A stretch of DNA of 26,810 nt from Pseudomonadota bacterium (lineage in GTDB: Bacteria; Pseudomonadota; Alphaproteobacteria; Sphingomonadales; CAKZYD01), in contig JBCCDR010000001.1 in NCBI GenBank assembly GCA_039030675.1, positions 1-26,810 of the forward strand, in the 5' to 3' direction. Of the stretch, positions 8,575 to 16,673 are shown one piece after another (within the stretch, counting starts at the first letter, position 1; each line of letters starts with the position of its first letter). The position numbers were made by a program, and so were the translations under genes. Under the pieces are notes generated by a model, which was not told the DNA's origin, did no database searches, and was given only the letters and a program-made list of their open reading frames with translations.

Positions 8575-8902
8575 CCGACGTGCCTGTCATAATCGTTTTG
8601 AGCAGCTGCTGCATGGGCACAGCGGCCACGCTCACGCCGGCGTCCAGTATCTGCGCAGCGAAATCGTCTTTCGCCACATCATGGCCGCCTGCAACGGCGC
8701 AAGCGTGAAGCAACGAGACAATGTCGCCAATCAAAATCTGACCGCTGCCTGCCCGCTCCACGAGCGCGATAAGCGAGCCTGTGCTTTGCTCGGCCATGGC
8801 CAGCGCCTCAAAGCTGGGGCGCAGCTTATACTGCGTGCTGCCAAGGGTGAGCAGCACTTCCCCGCGATGCGGATTGGCAAACACGGCGCTAGGCGCTGAC
8901 AA
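8564..8902 (-). CDS. GTA-gp10 family tail assembly chaperone
   Basis: ANPHRGEV.L.LG....LRPSFEALA..E signature. Start uncertain (TTG 8902 or GTG 8884). Confidence 0.85.
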   Translation of the reverse strand: MSAPSAVFANPHRGEVLLTLGSTQYKLRPSFEALAMAEQSTGSLIALVERAGSGQILIGDIVSLLHACAVAGGHDVAKDDFAAQILDAGVSVAAVPMQQLLKTIMTGTSGDS

Positions 8903-9302
8903 AGCTGATGGCCCCTGCGCTTTCTAAAGACACAGCATAGGTCCGCGCATCATTATGGTCGCCGGTGAATTCCACGCTGGTGACATAGAATGAGCCTTCA
9001 AAGCGCGCGCCATCCTCAAACGTGACTTGGCAATCTGCCGCAGCGCCTGTGAGCAGCTTGGTTTGAACATTGGTCTCCGCAGCAGAGCCGGTGAAAATAC
9101 CGGTCCCGCGCAGGGACACGGATTTAACGCCGGCGCCAGGCAAAATCTCCCGCCAACCGCCAGAGCCTTTGTGGGTGATATCCACCGCTTCGCTGTTGAG
9201 CGTGAGCTGATTGGTGCGCAGCCCTGCAACGGTTTGGTAGGTAGCCGGGGAGCCGTCGTCGCTGACCTTTAAGAGAAAGGCGCGGCCTGATTGTGCAGTC
9301 AT
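8889..9302 (-). CDS. Major tail tube protein, TP901-1 family (GTA g9-like)
   Basis: MTAQSGRAFLLKV, VAGLRT..LTLNSEAVDIT.K.SGGWRE.L.GAGVKS and YAVSLESAGAISF. Start reassigned to ATG 9302 (RBS GGAGA 8 nt upstream), giving 137 aa. Confidence 0.92.
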   Translation of the reverse strand: MTAQSGRAFLLKVSDDGSPATYQTVAGLRTNQLTLNSEAVDITHKGSGGWREILPGAGVKSVSLRGTGIFTGSAAETNVQTKLLTGAAADCQVTFEDGARFEGSFYVTSVEFTGDHNDARTYAVSLESAGAISFVSA

Positions 9303-9324
9303 GTCAAAAGTCTCCAATGTGATG

Positions 9325-9744
9325 CTAAGCGGGAACAGCCAAGGCGGTGGGGTGCATGAGCGCGCGAAACCTCAGCACGCCGAGACGCGCGCGGCGGCGG
9401 CGCTCTATAAGGAAGCGCTCCTCCTCACAGAAAAACACCGCCAGATGATGGTCCGTCAAAGCAAGCTGGTCACTGCTGAGGTAGGTGCGGACAAGGCGGT
9501 GCAGGTCTTTGAGCGGGGCAAAACTCTCCGCATCCGACCAGGTGTTGAGCAGCAGGGTATGCTCTTCCCCGCGAAAGGTCTGGGTTGACCAATCGCGCAC
9601 CCGCTCATCTCCAAGCGTGATATAGGGATAACCACTCTTGGCAGGCGCAGTCTCGAAGACACCGCTTACGGCGCTTGTAATGTCGCTTTGGGCGAGCAGC
9701 TGCGCGCGCGCAGCCGCCCGCAAATCGCTGGCAGGATGAAGCAT
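9325..9744 (-). CDS. DUF3168 tail terminator/completion protein (GTA g8-like)
   Basis: YPYITLGDERVRDWST.TFRGEEHTL.L..WSD, plus syntenic position. Confidence 0.85.
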   Translation of the reverse strand: MLHPASDLRAAARAQLLAQSDITSAVSGVFETAPAKSGYPYITLGDERVRDWSTQTFRGEEHTLLLNTWSDAESFAPLKDLHRLVRTYLSSDQLALTDHHLAVFFCEEERFLIERRRRARLGVLRFRALMHPTALAVPA

Positions 9745-9756
9745 GGGATGTCCTTG

Positions 9757-10089
9757 TTAGAGCTCTGCTTTGCAGGTGAGCTGCAGATATTGGCAGCGCG
9801 TGTCTGCGGGCGTGATGGCGTCGATACGGTAGCGGGTATCGCGCCAAATCAGCCAATGGTCACGGCTGAGGTCATTGCGGTAGCGCACCGTCACCATCAG
9901 CGTGATGGTCGACACACGCTGGCCGGTCTCTTCAGAGGTGGACGCGCCTGACAGCTCAATGGCCGCCCACGTATCAATGCGTTGAACTGCGCCTTGACTA
10001 AGGCCGCCTTGCGCGTCCTGAGCGGCTGGAACATTCGCTTCAAAAGCAACCCGGTGATTGAGCGCGCCGATGTCGATGGGGCGGCTCAT
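9757..10089 (-). CDS. Head closure / head-tail adaptor protein (SPP1 gp16-like, GTA g7-like)
   Basis: IGALNHRV.FE, DAQGG, TWAAI, VTVRYR.D and WRDTRYRIDAI motifs, plus synteny. Confidence 0.85.
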   Translation of the reverse strand: MSRPIDIGALNHRVAFEANVPAAQDAQGGLSQGAVQRIDTWAAIELSGASTSEETGQRVSTITLMVTVRYRNDLSRDHWLIWRDTRYRIDAITPADTRCQYLQLTCKAEL

Positions 10090-10625
10090 ATGCGCACCTC
10101 CTTATAGGGTTGCCACAGCGCCGTCACCGCGCCTGGCAAAGGGTCAATGCCTGGCGATGAGCGTGTCTCATATTGATGGGCGATGAGCCGGAGCATGCCT
10201 AAGCGAAGCGCCTCGGGCACGCCGTTCCAATCTGCGCCTAGGCCGATACGGTATTCCACCGTCACACGGGCGCCCACCGTTACCGTTGGCAGCTCCACGA
10301 AAGAACGACCCAGATGCTCGCCCGTTTCCAGGCTGGTGGCATCAAGGCCAATCTCATCCGTGCCCGATTGCCAACTGGCTGACAGAAGCGTGACCAGCGG
10401 CCGGCCCTTCAGATAGAAATGCAGTCCCTGCTGCACCGCTTTGAGCTTTACATCGCGCTGGATAAGCGCTTGGCCAGTATAGGTTTCGCAAGCCTCACGT
10501 GCGCTGCCGATGAGGCTAGCAACCAGCGGGGCATCCTCGCTTTGTTCAAGCTTTAAATACGCTGCCGCTTCGGTCTGGCTGATGGGCTCAGAGGACGGCG
10601 GGGCTACGATGGAGAAATCACTCAT
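10086..10625 (-). CDS. Head-tail connector protein (gp6-like, GTA g6-like)
   Basis: PPSSEPIS..EAAAYLKLE, LI.SAREACE.YTGQALIQR and VPEALRLGMLRLIAHQYETR. ATGA overlap with the next gene. Confidence 0.88.
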   Translation of the reverse strand: MSDFSIVAPPSSEPISQTEAAAYLKLEQSEDAPLVASLIGSAREACETYTGQALIQRDVKLKAVQQGLHFYLKGRPLVTLLSASWQSGTDEIGLDATSLETGEHLGRSFVELPTVTVGARVTVEYRIGLGADWNGVPEALRLGMLRLIAHQYETRSSPGIDPLPGAVTALWQPYKEVRI

Positions 10626-10906
10626 CAGCGCTCTCCCACACGGATAACGATGTCGCGCTCATCAATATCGCCGCTTGCAAGCGTGATTTCATTGGCCAGG
10701 CGATAGACGTGGCCAGCAATACCGCCGCTCACGCGCAAGCGTGTAACGTTGCCGCTGATATCGCTGCCCTCTATCACCAGGCCGTCTTGCTCTTGCGGTT
10801 CCAAACGCCAGCGCGAGGCGACAACACTGTCCGTCACCAAATAATGCGCTGTCCAATCGATGGTGTAGGCCAGCGTAGCGGCTGGGTCTTTGAGATAGAC
10901 GGTCAT
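10625..10906 (-). CDS. Phage fibre-tail adaptor-like protein (gp77-like)
   Basis: YLKDPAATLAYTIDWT..YL, VSGG.AG.VYRL.NEITLASG.IDER.I.IRV pattern, typical of this small phage/GTA family. Translationally coupled to the connector. Confidence 0.72.
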   Translation of the reverse strand: MTVYLKDPAATLAYTIDWTAHYLVTDSVVASRWRLEPQEQDGLVIEGSDISGNVTRLRVSGGIAGHVYRLANEITLASGDIDERDIVIRVGER

Positions 10907-10909
10907 TGG

Positions 10910-11278
10910 CTAGGCCGTTGCAGCGAAGGTGATGGACCAGGCGAGAAAATGCACCACATCGCCGCTGACCACCGGCACGGCGGGGATGGGCGCGGCAAAC
11001 AATACTCGCTGATTGGTGTCATCCAGCAGCGCGATGGCGGCGGCGGTACCGCTCTTATCAATGGTCGTGACTTTTGCGCCCACGGAAAGTTTGCGCCCAG
11101 TCAGGGCCGCCTCCAGCGTGAAATCAGACGGGCCGACGCTTGAACTGGCAAGCCGCACGTCGCTTGCCGTATCGGAAAACTGTGTAGGCAAGGCGGAAAG
11201 CGCAACCATGGTTTGCGCATTGGCGGACAGCAGCGTGAGCGCACTGTCCATCACATCCGGATGAACGGTGGTAGACAT
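10910..11278 (-). CDS. Conserved phage hypothetical structural protein (122 aa)
   Basis: RBS AAGGGA. V.D.AL..L...A, DFT.....TGRKL.VGAK, SGTA..IALLDD.N.R.L and V....W.ITF resemble a small phage protein family I have seen near head and fibre genes. Function unknown. Confidence 0.68.
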   Translation of the reverse strand: MSTTVHPDVMDSALTLLSANAQTMVALSALPTQFSDTASDVRLASSSVGPSDFTLEAALTGRKLSVGAKVTTIDKSGTAAAIALLDDTNQRVLFAAPIPAVPVVSGDVVHFLAWSITFAATA

Positions 11279-11314
11279 GTTGAATCCCTTTGCGGTGAAA
11301 AAATCAGCGATGTG

Positions 11315-13939
11315 TTATTGCGCGACGGGCTTGGCCGGCGCTTTGCGCGCATGGGGCTCGACCTTGCGCGGCGGTGTGTTGGGGTGCGCAAGGAAGGGGC
11401 TGGCAGACACAGCCACATCAAAGCCTTGAAAACCAAAGGCGAAGAAGTCTTCCAGCGGCGGTGATGACACGTCGGCCGCAAACTGCGCCCCGGGGTCGTT
11501 GGGGAGCAGCCCAGCAAACTGGCCGGTGGTGTTTGAACGAGCGCTTTGCGCCTGCAGCTGCGCATCGCTCAGCAGCACATCATGCACAGCCAGATAATCA
11601 ATGTGCATCGGTGCCAGCGGGCTTTTGAACGTCACCTTTTCAACCGTTTGAACGGTGCCGGAGGTATCCGTTACAACAGTGTTGCCATTCCAAGAGGCTG
11701 CAAAATCATCATCGGCAAACCGGAGCGCGAGGACGACACGGCCATCGGCAAACTCGGCATTGGGCGTATCAGCCAGCAGCGATTGCACATCGCCATTGCT
11801 TGCGTCGCGGAATTGGGCCGTCAGCGTATTGATAACGCGCGCTTCGATGCGGCAGCTTTCATCGCCATTTTGCAGCTGCAGGATGACGCCGTTTTCCGGG
11901 ACCGGCATATCGAGCCCGACAACAAAGCTGCCTTGGGTGATGTGCGTCTCTCCCCAGGGCGAGACGGCATTGTTCAGACCGCCAGTGACAGTGCAGTGCT
12001 GATACTCGATATTGCCGCTGCTTTCGGTGCGGAAGGCCAGGTCCAACGCCGTAACCGTGCAGCCGGCAAGCCAGGCTTTGGCGGTGGAAGCGGCATGCAC
12101 CGCCGCCCAGGCTTGGACCGGATCAACACGGTTAGTGACGCTGCTGCCCAGCATGGTGAGCTGGGAGGTTTGCACGTTGTTGACAACCGAGCCGATGGGC
12201 GAACTGCCGGAATAGGTGCCGGCAATATCCAGCGCAATCACATCCTGATGCACCGTGTGCGCATTTACCGACGTAACGCCCTCCCCGCCATTTTCATGCC
12301 CGCTGCAGCGATAGGTGAGCATATGCGCGCCTTTGCCCGTCTGGGCATGCAGGCCAAAACCGTCTTTGTAGCTGGCGCTGGCGTCGCAATCGCGGAAGTA
12401 AACGATGCCCTCGCCCACACCGCCAATCTCCGTGCCATTCACGCTGGCGCCGGAATATCCCGCATAGCGGAACGTGCAGTTGTCGGCCGCGATGGAGCGG
12501 TCCGCATTGGCTGTGAGTTTGATGCAGCCCGTCGGCCCGCCTTCAAAATCCAGGCCTTCGAAATAAGCGTCTTGAGCCCAGCTGGCGCACTCCGCAATCT
12601 TTGCATAGCGGGACACAAACGTATTGTCCCAGGTCGGCTGCGCGCCATCGCTGCGGTGGATGTAGACTGTGCCGCCGGTCCCAATCCAAGTGCCCGGCGT
12701 TGCTTCGCAGGTGGCCAGGTCAGCGGCCTCTGACAGCTCGGTATAGAGGCCATCACTGGTCAGCTGTAGGCGGTCAAACACCCGCTCGCCATTGCCGTGC
12801 CCACCGCTATAGGTGTTGCCCGCATGCAGGCTGTATGTGCCCGGCGTGCTGGCGAAGATGCGTGCCCGGCCGTTTTGCGCTATGAAACCGGCGGGCTGGG
12901 TCGGCTGGGCAGCGATGTCTCCATTGATGCTTTCGCGCCGGGAATAATCGCCGGCTTCAATATAGACGCGGTAGGCTTGGCCAGTGGCATTGCCCAGCAC
13001 CACACAGGCGGCAATGTCGCGCTTGGCTGTGGCAGCAGTCAGGCCGTCTCCATCGTTATTGGCCATGGCGCTATTGGCGTAGAGGGCAGGCCCGGTGAAG
13101 ATGGCCGGGTCCACCACATCGCGGGGCGTGAGGGTAATCGTTGGGGCATCGACTTTGCCGGAGAGCCCCAACGGGTAGCGTGCTTCATCCCACGGAAAGG
13201 CTTGTGGCAGGGCGACATCATCGCTGATACCCCAGAGCGCATCGCCCAATGCATCGGCAGCACGGCTTGCGCCGAGAATGAAGCTGGAGGGCTGCGCCAA
13301 GCTGGTTATGTTAGCGCCCAGGACCACAACGCTCTGGCCCGCTTGCGTGCTATCCGGCCCGACCTCAAGAGCAAAACTGCTGGACTGATTGGGCGTGAAC
13401 AGCCCGCTTAACAGAAAAGCGCCGTCAGCCAAGGCGTCAACGGACAGCGCGGAGAAGGACCCGCCATCGAGCTGAGACGCTGTCGGCACACTGCCCACCT
13501 GCCCGCGCAAGACGGAAGAGGACGTCCCGCGAAAGGCGACACAAACGCGTCCGCTCGACCCGGCCGCGTAGAGAATGGAAAACGCATAGGCCTGGCTGGC
13601 TGTCAGCGAAATACCGCTTTGCTGGACGGCGCTGTCCGCACTGCCGCCGCTGGCAATTTGGGCCTGCGTGAAAGCGCCCCATAATGAAGGGCTTACCGTG
13701 CTGCGCGTAGCGCCAGACGTGAGCGTCCATGAGGCCGCGCTTGCGTCTGCTGGGTCAGCCACATACTGCGTGGCCGCTGGCTCCAAGAGGAGGCCTTTGC
13801 CAGGCTCAAAGCGCGGCTCATCTGCGCTGGCGACTTGGATCTGCCCAGCGGCAGTCACATAAGTCGCGGCGCTGGCGCGCGCAAAGCTTTGGCCAGGCGG
13901 CAGCGTTGCGGCGTAGCTGCGTTCAAAAAGAGCGGTCAT
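11315..13939 (-). CDS. Head-spike/fibre-like protein with an inserted right-handed beta-helix (pectin-lyase-like) region and a C-terminal ConA/LamG-like domain
   Basis: aa 1-232: FARASAATY..A.G....A..DEPRF...GLLLEPAATQ and SSFI....RAAD, the head-spike-fibre N-terminal pattern. aa ~285-660: NDGDG.TAATAKRDI..A, YIEAGDY, FEGLDFEGG, NCTFRYA and DGFGLH, beta-helix-like. aa ~662-799: GSFVV...FAASWNG...HIDYLAVHDVLLSDAQLQA. Domain boundaries are by eye. Confidence 0.75.
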   Translation of the reverse strand: MTALFERSYAATLPPGQSFARASAATYVTAAGQIQVASADEPRFEPGKGLLLEPAATQYVADPADASAASWTLTSGATRSTVSPSLWGAFTQAQIASGGSADSAVQQSGISLTASQAYAFSILYAAGSSGRVCVAFRGTSSSVLRGQVGSVPTASQLDGGSFSALSVDALADGAFLLSGLFTPNQSSSFALEVGPDSTQAGQSVVVLGANITSLAQPSSFILGASRAADALGDALWGISDDVALPQAFPWDEARYPLGLSGKVDAPTITLTPRDVVDPAIFTGPALYANSAMANNDGDGLTAATAKRDIAACVVLGNATGQAYRVYIEAGDYSRRESINGDIAAQPTQPAGFIAQNGRARIFASTPGTYSLHAGNTYSGGHGNGERVFDRLQLTSDGLYTELSEAADLATCEATPGTWIGTGGTVYIHRSDGAQPTWDNTFVSRYAKIAECASWAQDAYFEGLDFEGGPTGCIKLTANADRSIAADNCTFRYAGYSGASVNGTEIGGVGEGIVYFRDCDASASYKDGFGLHAQTGKGAHMLTYRCSGHENGGEGVTSVNAHTVHQDVIALDIAGTYSGSSPIGSVVNNVQTSQLTMLGSSVTNRVDPVQAWAAVHAASTAKAWLAGCTVTALDLAFRTESSGNIEYQHCTVTGGLNNAVSPWGETHITQGSFVVGLDMPVPENGVILQLQNGDESCRIEARVINTLTAQFRDASNGDVQSLLADTPNAEFADGRVVLALRFADDDFAASWNGNTVVTDTSGTVQTVEKVTFKSPLAPMHIDYLAVHDVLLSDAQLQAQSARSNTTGQFAGLLPNDPGAQFAADVSSPPLEDFFAFGFQGFDVAVSASPFLAHPNTPPRKVEPHARKAPAKPVAQ

Positions 13940-13965
13940 AAAACAGAACTGCGTTGCAGGATGCG

Positions 13966-14005
13966 AGAAAAGAAAAGGCGCGGAAGCATGGGCTCCCGCG
14001 CCTTT
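13966..14005 (-). terminator. Intrinsic terminator immediately after the major capsid gene
   Basis: Minus strand AAAGGCGCGGGAGC-CCAT-GCTTCCGCGCCTTT: a 14-bp stem with one G-U pair, followed by TCTTTTCT, 22 nt after the capsid stop. Confidence 0.85.
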
Positions 14006-14027
14006 AAAGAGAGCAAGGAGGTGTGCT

Positions 14028-15209
14028 CTAGGTGGCTGAGAACTTCAGCAGTTTCAGCGCGTTGGAATCGACCACAGCCCCACTGACACGCCGGGTGGCA
14101 TAGAAATGCACGAACGGCTTGTTGGAGTATGGGTCGCGCAAGATGCGGGTGGATTGGCGGTCGGCAATCAAATAGCCACGCTTGAAGTTACCAAACACAA
14201 CCGAGGTGCTGCCGCTGGAGATGGCTTCCATGTCTTCAGCCTCAATCACCGGATAGCCAAGCAGGGTGGCTGGCATTTGGTCTGCCAGACCCGGCCGCCA
14301 GAGATAGGCGCCGTCGCTGTCTTTAAACTTGCGGATTTGCGATAGCGTTTGCGTGTTCATCATGAACACTGCGTTTTGCCGATAGGCGGGGCGCAGGGCA
14401 TGCACCAGTTCCACCAGGACGTCAGCAGGGTCGGACGATGGGAACGCACCCGCGCTGCCGGTCACCACAGTTTGCAAGGTGCCGAACGGGCGCGTGTCAT
14501 CAGCTGCGTTGGATGTCGCATAATCCAGGAAGCCCTTGGGCTTAGAGGTGCCATTGCCAGAAACAAAAGCAGCGCCTTCTTGGACAGCAAACTCTTGCGC
14601 CAGCTCCTGCGTGAGCCAGGCTTCCACGTCAAAACGCGCATCATCCAGCATGGCTTGTGAGGCCGCTGGGTTGGCGTAAATCTCGCCATAAGGCAGTGCG
14701 ATTTCTTGGAACGTAGGCGTGTCGGTCGTCGACCGGGCCGCGGTTTCGCCGACCCAGCCAGAGGCCGGTTGGCCCAGCGTGATGAGTTTTTTGTAGTTAG
14801 CAGAGCCAACACGGACCACATTCGCCACAGAGCGCACAGGCGATAAATCCGCAAGCACGGTATCGACGCTTTGGTCAATCTCGTCCGGCACGGCTGAGCC
14901 GCCGTCGCTGTCGGTCGTGATGTTCAGCGATTTCAGGTCCAGGCCCTTGCGCATGAAGCCGTCCACAAAGTCAGTGTCTTGGCGCGTCGTTGCCGCGGTC
15001 TCAAGCTGCGGGCGCTGGGATTTGGCCGAGAGTTGGTCGACCCGGGTTTGCAGCGCGCTGACATGCGCATTCAGCCGGTCGACTTTTTCATGGGCCAGCG
15101 GGTCATCACCAGCGGCGGAATGTTCAGATTTAAAGGTTTCAAAAGCAGACTGCAGGTCATCGACAGCTGCTTTGATTTCAAGCGCACTTGGCGCGGAGGG
15201 GTGAACCAT
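14028..15209 (-). CDS. HK97-fold major capsid protein (GTA g5-like)
   Basis: DGGSAVPDEID, SPVRSVANVV, GWVGET..R..T.TP, EIYANPAASQAMLDD, FVSGNG..KPKGFL, WRPGL....PATLLGYPVIEAEDM and RDPYSNKPFVHFYATRRV.G. TAATG overlap with the protease stop. Confidence 0.97.
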   Translation of the reverse strand: MVHPSAPSALEIKAAVDDLQSAFETFKSEHSAAGDDPLAHEKVDRLNAHVSALQTRVDQLSAKSQRPQLETAATTRQDTDFVDGFMRKGLDLKSLNITTDSDGGSAVPDEIDQSVDTVLADLSPVRSVANVVRVGSANYKKLITLGQPASGWVGETAARSTTDTPTFQEIALPYGEIYANPAASQAMLDDARFDVEAWLTQELAQEFAVQEGAAFVSGNGTSKPKGFLDYATSNAADDTRPFGTLQTVVTGSAGAFPSSDPADVLVELVHALRPAYRQNAVFMMNTQTLSQIRKFKDSDGAYLWRPGLADQMPATLLGYPVIEAEDMEAISSGSTSVVFGNFKRGYLIADRQSTRILRDPYSNKPFVHFYATRRVSGAVVDSNALKLLKFSAT

Positions 15210-15880
15210 TACGGGGTCCTTTCAGTGAGGGTCAAAGTGTCCGTGCAGCTGCGCAGGGCGCTCATGAGACCAGACCAGTCCTCTGGGCCGTCCTCTTCAG
15301 CGTCCAGCGCCTTGAACCCCGCTGTGGCAAGCATCGCCGCTTGTTTGCGAGAGAAGCCGCCCACATCCCGCAGGAAGACTTCATATTCACGGATGGTGGT
15401 GGGCAACGTTTTAGCCTGCATCAAGCGGGCCAAAGGCTGCATAGGGAAGGTCACGAAGGACACTTCCCATAAATCAACTTGGGTCAGCCGCCGTGCTTTG
15501 ACCGCTGGGTCAGCGCGCGAGGAGACGACTTTATAGCCAATGGAGAGCGCATCCAGCGCGCCCGCCTGCACCAGCAAATGCAGCGCTTTGGCGCGCTCGA
15601 TCTCCAGCAGTAAGCGCCCTTCCACATAAAGGCCGCGGCGGTCCTCGCGCAGCTTAGTAAGCACGCCAATGGGCTCGCGTGGGTCATGCTGCCAGAGCAA
15701 CCGGACATCACCGGGCGGGCGATCGCGAAGCGTGTGTGCAAAAGCGCCAGGCTCGACAATGTCACCGCCAGTGTCCTTGATGGAGAAGACGCTGGCATAG
15801 CCAGAGAATTCACCATCGGCATTGATCTGCGTCTTGGTCCGCGGACCAGGCAGGTCGCGCGATTGGAGAGCAACCGCCAT
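15209..15880 (-). CDS. HK97-family prohead protease (GTA g4-like)
   Basis: FSGYASVFS.KDTGGDIVEPGAF, LLWQHDPREPIGV, LSIGYKV and DLWEVSFVTFPMQP.AR. RBS AGGAG. Confidence 0.95.
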   Translation of the reverse strand: MAVALQSRDLPGPRTKTQINADGEFSGYASVFSIKDTGGDIVEPGAFAHTLRDRPPGDVRLLWQHDPREPIGVLTKLREDRRGLYVEGRLLLEIERAKALHLLVQAGALDALSIGYKVVSSRADPAVKARRLTQVDLWEVSFVTFPMQPLARLMQAKTLPTTIREYEVFLRDVGGFSRKQAAMLATAGFKALDAEEDGPEDWSGLMSALRSCTDTLTLTERTP

Positions 15881-15906
15881 AAAGGGCTCCTATTTAAAGA
15901 ATGAGC

Positions 15907-16227
15907 TCAGCCGCGGGGGCCAAGCACGTCGGTGTAGAACGCGGCCCCAAGGGCCAGAATTGTTAAGAGCAGCGTCGTCATCCAGCGCACAGCGGTGCGC
16001 CGTGCGGTCTGGTTGACATCGCGCCAGCTAATCAGCAATTGGCGCAAATCTGAAATGTCTTTGGCCGCATGCAGGTCCGACAAACCCAGATGCTGCAAAG
16101 CGCGCTGGGCGCCCAGCTCGCAGGCTTCTTCCACCAAAGCGCGGACTGTGAGCGGGTCCGCCCCTTGGTCCATGGCTTGGGCAACCAAAGCAGCGAGCGT
16201 GTCAGTACGGTCCATATGATCAGGCAT
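15907..16227 (-). CDS. DUF6127 family protein (GTA cluster-associated, C-terminal TM helix)
   Basis: VEEACELGAQRAL..LGL.D..A.KDI.DLRQLL.SWRD pattern. Start moved to ATG 16227, because the track's extra MCGAFF is just the translated terminator hairpin; ATG 16215 is also possible. Confidence 0.75.
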   Translation of the reverse strand: MPDHMDRTDTLAALVAQAMDQGADPLTVRALVEEACELGAQRALQHLGLSDLHAAKDISDLRQLLISWRDVNQTARRTAVRWMTTLLLTILALGAAFYTDVLGPRG

Positions 16228-16254
16228 AAAAAAAGCCCCGCACAAGGCAGGGCT
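16228..16254 (-). terminator. Intrinsic terminator inside the GTA operon, between the 88-aa gene and DUF6127
   Basis: Minus strand AGCCCTGC-CTTGT-GCGGGGCT: an 8-bp stem with one G-U pair, then TTTTTT directly abutting the next ATG. Confidence 0.8.
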
Positions 16255-16284
16255 CTCAGTGTTGGGGTCTAGCGGAGAAAAAGG

Positions 16285-16551
16285 CTAGACAGCGTAAATA
16301 ATCGCCAGGTCTGTTACCGTTTCGCTTGGCTCGACCAGATTGTAGAGAAAGGAGTCGCCTTCATCTGGGTCGGACGGAATGGGCTCAGCTGGCAAAATGA
16401 TGTCATTGTCGGCAGGTACACCGCTTGCGATTGTATCATCGGTTTGCGGCACCAGGTCTAGCGCTGGCCCTTCGGCCTGCGCATAGCCAGCGAGCAAGCC
16501 GAAGCTGAAGAAAATTGCACATCCCGCTAAAAGAACTTTGCGAGCAGTCAT
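16285..16551 (-). CDS. Small acidic exported protein of unknown function (88 aa)
   Basis: RBS GAGG. Signal peptide MTARKVLLAGCAIFFSFGLLAGYAQA, then an Asp/Glu/Pro-rich mature part. Confidence 0.7.
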   Translation of the reverse strand: MTARKVLLAGCAIFFSFGLLAGYAQAEGPALDLVPQTDDTIASGVPADNDIILPAEPIPSDPDEGDSFLYNLVEPSETVTDLAIIYAV

Positions 16552-16660
16552 GCTTTACCTCTTTCACACATACTTGTTGCATGTGAGACGCAGCAAAGCG
16601 CATGCCAGCCCTGATTAATTCATATTTTTCAAATGCTTAGATGAATTCCACCAACTGTTT

Positions 16661-16668
16661 ATGGTTAA
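16661..16668 (-). promoter_or_regulatory. TTAACCAT motif (CtrA half-site-like) in the AT-rich spacer upstream of the 88-aa gene
   Basis: Exact TTAACCAT on the minus strand in a ~120-bp AT-rich intergenic region. A single 8-mer can arise by chance. Confidence 0.3.
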
Positions 16669-16673
16669 TGTCT

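Noticed and set aside
8564-8600. Lambda G/GT-type programmed frameshift between the two tail chaperone genes
   Set aside because: The downstream gene is in the +1 frame, that frame is closed by TGA five codons upstream of its GTG, and no slippery heptamer is present.
11546-12733. 395-aa plus-strand ORF, and other long antisense ORFs such as 3046-3852, 7445-8041, 12797-13411, 17295-18344 and 8345-8899
   Set aside because: They lie fully antisense to well-supported GTA genes, have no RBS or family motifs, and have the Arg/Ala-rich composition expected of shadow ORFs in high-GC DNA.
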